The notes under the pieces are model-generated. The model was not told the origin of the DNA, made no database searches, and worked only from the letters and a program-made list of their open reading frames with translations. Positions 47,069 to 55,384 of a stretch of DNA of 64,000 nt are shown piece by piece (position 1 is the first letter of the stretch; the number at the start of each line of letters is the position of its first letter). The DNA is taken from contig JAZTYW010000036.1 in NCBI GenBank assembly GCA_045637085.1, positions 51,220 through 115,219 on the forward strand, given 5' to 3'. The position numbers and the translations under genes were made by a program. The stretch is from Alistipes sp. (lineage in GTDB: Bacteria > Bacteroidota > Bacteroidia > Bacteroidales > Rikenellaceae).

Positions 47069-49468
47069 ATGAAAAGGGTGCTTGGGTTTGTAGCTGCCAT
47101 CGTGGCAGTTGTTGTTGTGTCGTGCAATAGTTACGATGACACACCTCTTTGGGATGCAATCAGGGATCATGAGGCACGCATATCTGCACTTGAAGAGCTG
47201 TGCAGAGAGATAAATACCAATATAGAGTCGCTGCAAAGTATCGTTAAGGCTTTACAGGACAACGACTACATCACATCGGTTGTGCCTGTAACAGAGGATG
47301 GTAAAGTTGTAGGTTACACCATATCCTTTGTTAATAGCGCACCCATAACTATCTATCATGGTGAAGATGGCCGTGACGGTGAAGATGGTTCGGATGGCGC
47401 AGATGGTGCCGCTGGAGAGGATGGAAGTGCTCCACAAATAGGTGTAAAAGAGGATGTCGACGGTGTCTATTATTGGACTGTTAATGGGGTGTGGATGCTT
47501 GATGACGCAGGTAATAAGGTTAAGGCTGTGGGTGAGAATGGCAAGGATGGTGAGAATGGCGATTGTGGCGATGATGGTGTCACTCCACGACTGAAAATTG
47601 AGAATGGTTATTGGTATGTGTCATACAACGAAGGTCAGTCGTGGAGCATGCTTGGTCAGGCTGCGGGTGATGATAGCATAGTGGTAGGGTCTATCTTCGC
47701 GAGTGTAACTGAGGATGATGAAAATGTCTATTTTACGCTTGTCGATGGAGGTGTCATCACCATTCGCAAGTATAGTGCTACACAGCGTATCGACATATCG
47801 TTCAGCACTACGGAGGTGTTGGCGTGTTATGCAGGTGCGAGTGTCGAGATAGGCTATACTATCGTTGGTGGCGACGAGGATAATGCCATTGAGGCCTTTG
47901 GTAATGGTGGCTGGGATGCTACGGTTATCAAGAATAGTAGTACGGAGGGATGCATAAGGGTTACTGCTCCGCTGAGTGGCGCAGGCGGAAAGGTTGTTGT
48001 GTTGGCGACATCTGGAGCGGGCGCTGTCGCTATGAAGTCGCTCTATTTCGATGAGGGCGTGCTTGCCGATATTCTCGACAGTTATGAGGTGGGCTGGGAG
48101 GCAACCACTCTTGATGTTGTGATAAGGACAAATATCAACTTTAGTGTAGTCATCACGGGAGGTGCTGCGAATTGGCTCTCTGTTGCTGATACGCGTGCGT
48201 CGCTACGAGAAGATGTGGTCAGGTTTAGCGTGGCGGAGAACGATAAGGAGGTTTCTCGCACGGCAACTGTAGAGTTGCATGGCGAATGTGGCGATGTGCT
48301 GCGCAGATTTGAGATAATCCAGAGCCCCAATGCTGCTACACCTGTGGAGTATGGTGCTGTGACAGTGTCGTTTAGAGAGCTCGGTTACTATAGTTGCGTG
48401 GAGGTTGGCGAGTATCCAAACTATCAACACTTTGCAAGTTATAGCGGTATGGCAGTGATGCCCATAGAGTTGGAGTTTAGTGCCGAGGAGCATGGTGCGT
48501 TTGCGTGGGATATCATTAACATTACGGACGATATGTCGCTGTGGTCAGATGCCGAGTGTGTTGACTATCTGATGTGGAATATGCAGAATTCTGGGGTTGC
48601 GTCGTCTACATATTCGAAGATTGTGGTGGACATGAACAAGAGTTATGAGTTGATAGCCATAGTCTTTGATGCCGAGGGTTTGTGTAGTAAGGTGTGTCGC
48701 AGAGTGGTCGATACGTTGGATACTGGTTGTGGTGATGCTGCGGACTACATTGCATGGTGGGAGTCGCACAATGGTAGTGGTTCTGCGGAAAAGCCAACAG
48801 AGCTTGCAACACCCGTTGTTACTGTCTGTGTCGAAGGAAATAGTGCCACTGTAAGTTGGCAACAGGTTGCAGGGGCAAAGGGTTATGCCGTATCGCTTGA
48901 TGGCGGTGTAGAGGAGTTTGTTAGCAATACGTCAATCACATATTCTGATTTGGAATATAATACCTCATATAGTGTTGCTGTTGTTGCAATTCCTGTTGAT
49001 GCAACTGCTCATAGCAGTTCCATGGCGGGTGTTGTGCAGTTTGTGACGGATGTTGAAGCTGATGGCGGAGATGATGATGTGAGTAACGAATATATCCTGT
49101 TGACAAGCTGTGCCTATGTGGGTGATTACATGGATGCTGGCATGGCGGAGGAGTTTGTTCTGCGTAGTGATGATGGTGATCATGTGCTCTACTTCAATGT
49201 TAGTGTAATATTGGCAGATGCAGACTATATAAGTGCGGGAGAGTATAGCATTGCCGCGTTTGGTCAGTCAAACTACAGCTTCAACATGAGCAAACTTAGT
49301 GGTATGACGATAATTGATGGCGTTGAGTACCCCAATGGCATTGCCGATAGTTCGGCGAGTACGATGAGTGTCCTGTCAGAGGGGCATGGAGGAGTCCACG
49401 AAATTAGATTGACGATTAACAGCAATCAAGGCACAATGAAGTATTACTTTATTGGCACGATAGATTAA
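47069..49468 (+). CDS. Large surface lipoprotein (DUF4988/PL29-N-like N-terminus, collagen-like repeats, BACON, Fn3-like)
   Basis: Lipobox VVSC, YDDT.LW..I.DHE.RI..LEE.C...N.NI coiled coil, (GxD)n repeats, YYWT.NG.W, TPRLKIENGYWYVSY, BACON WLSV..TR...F.V.EN...RTA.V, Fn3 ATVSW..V.GA.GY...LEYNTSY.V.V.A. Confidence 0.75.
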   Translation: MKRVLGFVAAIVAVVVVSCNSYDDTPLWDAIRDHEARISALEELCREINTNIESLQSIVKALQDNDYITSVVPVTEDGKVVGYTISFVNSAPITIYHGEDGRDGEDGSDGADGAAGEDGSAPQIGVKEDVDGVYYWTVNGVWMLDDAGNKVKAVGENGKDGENGDCGDDGVTPRLKIENGYWYVSYNEGQSWSMLGQAAGDDSIVVGSIFASVTEDDENVYFTLVDGGVITIRKYSATQRIDISFSTTEVLACYAGASVEIGYTIVGGDEDNAIEAFGNGGWDATVIKNSSTEGCIRVTAPLSGAGGKVVVLATSGAGAVAMKSLYFDEGVLADILDSYEVGWEATTLDVVIRTNINFSVVITGGAANWLSVADTRASLREDVVRFSVAENDKEVSRTATVELHGECGDVLRRFEIIQSPNAATPVEYGAVTVSFRELGYYSCVEVGEYPNYQHFASYSGMAVMPIELEFSAEEHGAFAWDIINITDDMSLWSDAECVDYLMWNMQNSGVASSTYSKIVVDMNKSYELIAIVFDAEGLCSKVCRRVVDTLDTGCGDAADYIAWWESHNGSGSAEKPTELATPVVTVCVEGNSATVSWQQVAGAKGYAVSLDGGVEEFVSNTSITYSDLEYNTSYSVAVVAIPVDATAHSSSMAGVVQFVTDVEADGGDDDVSNEYILLTSCAYVGDYMDAGMAEEFVLRSDDGDHVLYFNVSVILADADYISAGEYSIAAFGQSNYSFNMSKLSGMTIIDGVEYPNGIADSSASTMSVLSEGHGGVHEIRLTINSNQGTMKYYFIGTID

Positions 49469-49469
49469 C

Positions 49470-49511
49470 AAAAAAGAGAGGTGCTGCCCAATTTTATGTT
49501 GGGCAGCACCT
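49470..49511. terminator. Terminator between convergent genes
   Basis: AGGTGCTGCCCAA-ttttatg-TTGGGCAGCACCT with an upstream A-run. Confidence 0.8.
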
Positions 49512-49545
49512 GCTATCTTGTTACGCTTGTGAGAGGTTGTTATCT

Positions 49546-50964
49546 CTATTCAGCACAGATATTTTCAAATTGTAGGTCCTGAGTCTTCTCTGACTCTTCA
49601 TCAACCGTTTCAACCATTGTTGTGTGTGTTGTTTCATCAATCGCCGCCGCCTCGGCCTTAGGCGTTGGGTCCACCACGATAAAGAGGTACTTCAACACAA
49701 AGAGTATGGCGAGGATGTACATCACGATGGTGAGTCGCTTGAACTTGCCACATAGCATATTGAGCACTACGTAACATATCATGCCGATAAGTATGCCATC
49801 TGAGATTGAGTATGACAGCGGCATGAGGATGATACATATAAACGCGGGGATTGACTCGGTGTAGTCACTGAAATTGATATTGCGGATTGGCTCAAGCATC
49901 AGAAGACCCACTATGATAAGCACGGGTGCTGTTGCTGCCGATGGGATAGAGAGAAATAGAGGCGAGAAGAAGAGTGACACCGCAAAGCAGCATCCCACAA
50001 CAAAGGCAGTCAAGCCCGTGCGGCCACCCTGTGCTACGCCTGCGGCACTCTCAACGTATGTCGTGGTGGTAGAGGTGCCGAGAAGTGCACCGCATGTTGT
50101 GGCGATAGCGTCAGCCATGAATGCCTGATTAAGACGCTCAATGCGACCATCTTTGTTTACCATGCCTGCGCGCTGGCACACACCGATAAGTGTACCCACG
50201 GTGTCAAACATATCGATAAACAGGAATGTGAATACCACCACCAGCATATCAAGTGTAAAGATGTTCTCCCACTGGAACTGGCAGAAGATAGGCTCGATAG
50301 AGGAGGGCTGTGATATCACGCCCCTGAACTCGGTAATGCCCATAGGAATACCTATAAGCATGGTGATAAGCACACCGATAAGCATTGCGCCTGTAACCTT
50401 CTTGATATACAACACACTCGTGATTGTAAGGCCAATAATACCGAGTAGTGCGGGGCCTTTGGTAATCTCACCCAGTGTCACGAGCGTAGCATCACTCTTA
50501 ACGACTATGCCTGCGTTCTGCAAGCCGATAAACGCAATAAACAGACCGATGCCAGCACCTATGGCATAGCGCAGGTTGGTGGGGATGGCATTTACGATTG
50601 CCTCGCGTACGTTGGTTACAGTAAGCAGAATGAATATTAATCCTTCGAGGAATACGGCGGTAAGGGCGAATGACCAATCGTAGCCCATGCCCAGGCAGAC
50701 CGTATAGACGAAGAAGGCGTTAAGTCCCATGCCTGGCGCAAGACCAAATGGCAGTTTGCCCCATATTGCCATTGCAAAGCAACCGATGATACCAGCAATG
50801 GCTGTTGCGGTGAACACAGCACCGCCGGGCATATCCAACTTGCTGAAAATGTCGGGATTAACGGCGAGGATGTATGACATTGTAAGGAATGTCGTTATAC
50901 CAGCCAGGATTTCAGTACGCACGTTGTGGTGCTTGCTGTCGAAGCCGAATAGTTTGTTGAGCAT
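49546..50964 (-). CDS. NCS2/AzgA-family purine permease
   Basis: EILAGITTFLTMSYILAVNP, LAPGMGLNAFF, FDTVGTL, YVESAAGV..GGRTGLTA; -7 box at 51002-51009. Confidence 0.92.
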   Translation of the reverse strand: MLNKLFGFDSKHHNVRTEILAGITTFLTMSYILAVNPDIFSKLDMPGGAVFTATAIAGIIGCFAMAIWGKLPFGLAPGMGLNAFFVYTVCLGMGYDWSFALTAVFLEGLIFILLTVTNVREAIVNAIPTNLRYAIGAGIGLFIAFIGLQNAGIVVKSDATLVTLGEITKGPALLGIIGLTITSVLYIKKVTGAMLIGVLITMLIGIPMGITEFRGVISQPSSIEPIFCQFQWENIFTLDMLVVVFTFLFIDMFDTVGTLIGVCQRAGMVNKDGRIERLNQAFMADAIATTCGALLGTSTTTTYVESAAGVAQGGRTGLTAFVVGCCFAVSLFFSPLFLSIPSAATAPVLIIVGLLMLEPIRNINFSDYTESIPAFICIILMPLSYSISDGILIGMICYVVLNMLCGKFKRLTIVMYILAILFVLKYLFIVVDPTPKAEAAAIDETTHTTMVETVDEESEKTQDLQFENICAE

Positions 50965-51052
50965 GTGGCTTAATTGTTTGGGTTAAATAGTGTTAATGTG
51001 CCAAAGATACGAAAATTTCTTAGTTTGACCAAGCCTGACAACCTATTCATAC

Positions 51053-51098
51053 AAAACAGAGAGGGTTGCCCAATAGTATCGGGCAATCCCTCTCTGTT
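51053..51098 (-). terminator. Intrinsic terminator after the peroxidase gene
   Basis: AACAGAGAGGG.TTGCCC...GGGCAAT.CCCTCTCTGTT with an A-run at the left end. Confidence 0.8.
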
Positions 51099-51115
51099 AT
51101 ATGCGAGCCTCGCTA

Positions 51116-52540
51116 TTAATGCTCGTGATCCTCGTCGTGGTCAAGTGTAACGCCATACTCGTTGTGGTTGGTGAGCAACTTGCCGTCATGCTCGCCAGTG
51201 AGTGTGCGTAGGAATGCAACCATGGCATTGGTCTCGGCATCAGTAAGATCAACATCGCACTGATAGAGTGCCATGTCGCGGACAGCCTCATCCATTGTCG
51301 CGCGTGTGCCATCGTGGTAGTATGGCCATGTAAGCTCCACGTTGCGCAAGCCAGGCACCTTGAAGCGGTGGCGGTCACGCTCCTCCTGAGTCTGCTTGTA
51401 GCGGCCATTATCCTCCTCGGTAAGCTCCATGCCGCGAGCATCGAAGTAGTGGCGGCGGAGACCCATAAGCTCATACGACTGACCACCGAGGTTAGGACCT
51501 ACGTGGCAGGTTGCGCAGTTGTACTGCTTGAAGAGCTCATAACCCTTCAACTCCTCCTCGTTGAGTGCGCTGTCGTCGCCGAGCAACCATTTGTCGAAGC
51601 GTGAGTTAGGTGTTGTGAGCGTACGCTCGAACTCCTCAATAGCGTTTGTTATTGTAGCCTCGGTGATACCCTCGGGGTAGAGCTTCGCAAACTGCGATAC
51701 GTATGCCTCGTCTGCTGCCAACTTGGCGATAATCTCATCGAACGATGTAGATGCCATCTCCACGGGGTTGAGTGGAGGACCTGCAGCCTGCTCTGCAAGG
51801 GTCTTGGCGCGACCATCCCAGAACTGAACGAAGTTGTAAACGGCATTGTACACGGTAGGTGCATTTACACCGCCCAGGCGCTCCTCAACACCGTGTGAGT
51901 ACTGATGGTTGTCAACACCGCCAGTGTTGAGACCATGGCACGATGCACATGAGATGGTGTTATCGACAGATAGGCGTGTGTCGTGGTAGAGTGCGAAACC
52001 GAGCAGCGCCTTCTCCTGGTTGATATCGGTTGGTGGCACGATGGGTCGCACGGGCTCACCTGCGCGCTTGCCTGTAAGACCGTCGTTGTAGAGCGCTGTG
52101 CGATATGTTGTTGCCCAGTCGGTGATGATGTCGCTCTTGGCATCGGTCATCTGACTGCCCCAGTGCATGAGGTAGTACTTAGCCTCGGGCATGCTCTTGT
52201 CTGCGGCAACCTTCTCCACCTTGGCTACATCCACGGGGTTAGGCATCTCGCCATTGAGCAAAGCCTCCACAAGAGGTGTTATGTCGAAGGCACGGTAGCC
52301 ATCCTTGATATCCTCCTGCACCAACTTGCCTGCTACGGGCACGTCGGCATAGAAGGGTAGTGTTGGGTTAGCAGTGTGGCAATCGATACAACCACCCTGT
52401 TCCAGAATTGCTGCAACACGTGCCTCGGGTGCAAGATCCTCAGCAGGTGGACGGATAGATACTCGATATACGACAAACATCACCACGATGATGGCAAGTG
52501 TCGCAATGAGAAACAGCTGTTTTTTCTTTAAGTTTTTCAT
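51116..52540 (-). CDS. ccp: Tri-haem cytochrome c peroxidase (YhjA-like)
   Basis: N-terminal TM anchor; three CxxCH motifs (CIDCH, CASCH, CATCH); NAPTVYN, QFWDGRA, NPVEM, FKVPGLRNV, PYYHDG. Confidence 0.92.
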   Translation of the reverse strand: MKNLKKKQLFLIATLAIIVVMFVVYRVSIRPPAEDLAPEARVAAILEQGGCIDCHTANPTLPFYADVPVAGKLVQEDIKDGYRAFDITPLVEALLNGEMPNPVDVAKVEKVAADKSMPEAKYYLMHWGSQMTDAKSDIITDWATTYRTALYNDGLTGKRAGEPVRPIVPPTDINQEKALLGFALYHDTRLSVDNTISCASCHGLNTGGVDNHQYSHGVEERLGGVNAPTVYNAVYNFVQFWDGRAKTLAEQAAGPPLNPVEMASTSFDEIIAKLAADEAYVSQFAKLYPEGITEATITNAIEEFERTLTTPNSRFDKWLLGDDSALNEEELKGYELFKQYNCATCHVGPNLGGQSYELMGLRRHYFDARGMELTEEDNGRYKQTQEERDRHRFKVPGLRNVELTWPYYHDGTRATMDEAVRDMALYQCDVDLTDAETNAMVAFLRTLTGEHDGKLLTNHNEYGVTLDHDEDHEH

Positions 52541-52582
52541 AAGACTTTTTATTTGGTTGTTCTTGTAGTTCAGGTCTTTACG

Positions 52583-53380
52583 CTACTGGTTGTAGGTGTG
52601 TACACTCGCTGCGGCTGTGGGTAGGTAGTTGACGCCCCACCAGCACATTTGCAGTGCAGTGAATGCCACTATTATAACTATGTAATAGATACGTTTCTGC
52701 CATAGCGAGGTGTATGTCGAAGGGCGTAACGCAAGGTGTATGGCAACAAGGTAGAGACCCCATGTCACTGCCGCCCACGCCTCCTTGGCATCCCAGCTCC
52801 AGTATGCTCCCCATGCATCCTTTGCCCATATAGCACCCGTAAGCATGCCGATGGAGACAAAGGCCACGCCTCCGTAGAGCAGTCGCTCGATGGCGTTGTC
52901 GAATTTGTCGCTCTTGGCCGTAAGTGCAGCTATGGCGAGTATTGTGGCGCAACCAAGCAGTGCGTATGAGAACATATATACCGATACGTGTGGTACAAAC
53001 CATACGCTTTGCAATGCAGGCATGAGTGTCTGGTCGTGAATCTCTGGTTTGAGGATGTTGATAACCATAAACACCGTGGCGAGGAGCGTCGAGAAGGAGA
53101 GTATCCATCGGAACCTCCAGCGTGCGTAGGTGAATAGTCCCGCTATGAGCAGAAATAGCGAGTACCACAAGCGTGTCTCGCCCATGGTGCGTAGCGGAGG
53201 TCGCTCGAGGGTTACCCAAAGGGATGCGATAAATAGCATGAAGAGGGCAATCGCCGTTGCACTACAAGCAATGGCGGCGTTGCTGCGCTCGCGGTTGCGA
53301 AGCGCTGCTACTGCCGAGCAAAGCGATAGCACAAAGACTGCGGCGGCAATCCATGGAAATATGTTCCAACCTAACACCAT
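52583..53380 (-). CDS. ccsA: System II cytochrome c assembly protein
   Basis: RPPLRTMGETRLWYS, PALQS.WF.PHV, WWD domain GAIWAKDAWGAYWSWDAKE. Confidence 0.9.
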   Translation of the reverse strand: MVLGWNIFPWIAAAVFVLSLCSAVAALRNRERSNAAIACSATAIALFMLFIASLWVTLERPPLRTMGETRLWYSLFLLIAGLFTYARWRFRWILSFSTLLATVFMVINILKPEIHDQTLMPALQSVWFVPHVSVYMFSYALLGCATILAIAALTAKSDKFDNAIERLLYGGVAFVSIGMLTGAIWAKDAWGAYWSWDAKEAWAAVTWGLYLVAIHLALRPSTYTSLWQKRIYYIVIIVAFTALQMCWWGVNYLPTAAASVHTYNQ

Positions 53381-53381
53381 A

Positions 53382-54239
53382 CTACTCTATCTGTTTGTTT
53401 GCAGCGTGGCGCGGGCCACGAATAAATAGCATCACAGCACCCACAAGCAGCATCACGATGCCTGTCAGTGAGAGCCACTGCCATGGCTCATGCACAATCT
53501 CTACAACGCAGTAGGGTGAACCATTATCGGGCGATTGACCCACGCTTACAAGGTATATCTTCTCGCTTAATGTCCTGTTATGTGGGTGGTTTACACGTAG
53601 TGTAACCAACTCATTTTCAATCTCTAATGTAGCATCGAAATATGTGGGCATGCCACTCTCGTTATACTCGGCATTGAGGCTGCGAAGCGTGATAGCGTGG
53701 TCGAGTTGTGTCGCCGTGCCGTTGATGTGGTATGCCGTTTCGGTGGGCTTATTCTCCATAAGTGCCATGCGCAACTGCTCTCTGTCGGGTGCCCCCCAGA
53801 AGCCTGCTCCAAGGGCTAAGATAAGACCCACGTGCAGAAGTGTGAAGCGCCAACGTATGCCACTAGGTGTGCGCCAGCCACGCAGGGTTATAAGCAGAAG
53901 GTGTGTGAGGGTGAAGAGTATGCCAGCAACCACGAGCCACGATGTGCTGCTTGGCTCACGCTCCAGACCGAGGTATATACCCGTAGCAACCATGCTGCCC
54001 AACGAAAGCCATGTGGCGCGAATGGAGAGCAGTGATTTTGCTACTGCGAGATTACTGCGATTTTTATATAGCACGCCAACGATGACGAGCCATAGAGCTA
54101 TGATTGCGATGTTGAGTGGAAAGGCGAAGATAGCCAATGGAATGTCCCCCACCGTACTCTGCAAAAGGAGGGCTATTGCCACGACTGCGGCAACTGCAAC
54201 ACTCTCAATAACAGATGTTTTACTCACGTTACACAACAT
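53382..54239 (-). CDS. ResB/CcsB-like cytochrome c biogenesis membrane protein
   Basis: FAFPLN, FTLLHVGL (conserved His), LRVNHP, EPW..L...GI; 1 bp upstream of ccsA; -7 box at 54259-54266. Confidence 0.75.
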   Translation of the reverse strand: MLCNVSKTSVIESVAVAAVVAIALLLQSTVGDIPLAIFAFPLNIAIIALWLVIVGVLYKNRSNLAVAKSLLSIRATWLSLGSMVATGIYLGLEREPSSTSWLVVAGILFTLTHLLLITLRGWRTPSGIRWRFTLLHVGLILALGAGFWGAPDREQLRMALMENKPTETAYHINGTATQLDHAITLRSLNAEYNESGMPTYFDATLEIENELVTLRVNHPHNRTLSEKIYLVSVGQSPDNGSPYCVVEIVHEPWQWLSLTGIVMLLVGAVMLFIRGPRHAANKQIE

Positions 54240-54419
54240 TTTGTATAAATATTTGCATCAAAGATAAGAATTTATTTCCAAAATCGAGCTGTTTTTTGTA
54301 TAAAAAAATCATAAATATAACGAAATCACATTACTCTTATATGTTGTGCTAATTGGAAAAAATGTGGTCGATTTGGATAAATCACTATTTTTATCTACAT
54401 TTGCCATTAAATATAATGT

Positions 54420-55358
54420 ATGAAGATGCCGTTTATAAGTATTGTCGTACCCATCTACAATGCAGAGAACTATCTACAGCGATGTGTAGATAGCATACTT
54501 GCACAGACGTATGGTGACTTTGAACTATTGCTGGTCAACGATGGCAGCTGCGATGGCAGCCTGGATATTTGTCAGCGATATGCAGCCGAAGATAGTCGCG
54601 TGAGGGTGATAGACAAACCCAATGGCGGTGTCAGCTCGGCTCGTAATATGGGCATCGAGAGCGCAACGGCTGAGTGGGTGATGTTCGTCGATGCAGACGA
54701 CTGGATTGAACCAAATACCCTCGAACTTGCTGTGCCATATATTGGTGAGTGCGATATTGTACGTTTGGCATGGGTGGCGCATCTGCCTGATGTGGTCAAG
54801 AATAAACGAGTGATGAATGCCGAGACACCCAGTCAGCTTCTTAAACAACTTCTCCGTCGCAGAACGAAACTTGCAATATGGGGCACGCTCATACGTCGTG
54901 ACCTCTTCATCAGTAATAACATACGCTTCGACGCGTCGTACAACTATGCAGAGGATTGGCTTGCCCTGTTGAGAGTGGTATGCAGGTGCAAGAGCATAAA
55001 GACGCTTCCCGAAGCCTTTGTCTATCACTACGATATGACTAACATGGCAAGTTGTATCAACAATATGTCGATAGCCAAGATGGCGTGCAACATACGCCTC
55101 TGCCACGATATACGCCCCGAGTTGCCCCGTAAGTTTATCGCCGATTTGCGTGATACGCGACTGGAGCTCTACCGCCTGCTTGTAGAGGCGTATGGCTATG
55201 AGGCGACCTGTGACCATATACGCGCTATTCGCTCTAAGGTCGATTTTTTTGGAGTGTGGGATGTGCTTGTGGCAAACTTTGGATGGGGTAAAAAGCGCCA
55301 GCTGATAGAGTTCTGGCTCTATGCCCGCAAGAGAGGATTAACAAACAAACTCAAATAA
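54420..55358 (+). CDS. Glycosyltransferase family 2
   Basis: ISIVVPIYN, VNDGSCD, NGGVSSARN.G, FVDADD, AED; -7 box TACATTTG at 54396-54403. Confidence 0.9.
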   Translation: MKMPFISIVVPIYNAENYLQRCVDSILAQTYGDFELLLVNDGSCDGSLDICQRYAAEDSRVRVIDKPNGGVSSARNMGIESATAEWVMFVDADDWIEPNTLELAVPYIGECDIVRLAWVAHLPDVVKNKRVMNAETPSQLLKQLLRRRTKLAIWGTLIRRDLFISNNIRFDASYNYAEDWLALLRVVCRCKSIKTLPEAFVYHYDMTNMASCINNMSIAKMACNIRLCHDIRPELPRKFIADLRDTRLELYRLLVEAYGYEATCDHIRAIRSKVDFFGVWDVLVANFGWGKKRQLIEFWLYARKRGLTNKLK

Positions 55359-55384
55359 ATATTATTCACTTAAACAAAAAGCTT

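Noticed and set aside
50965-51010. Possible purine riboswitch upstream of the NCS2 permease
   Set aside because: The leader after the -7 box is about 30 nt, too short, and has no aptamer consensus
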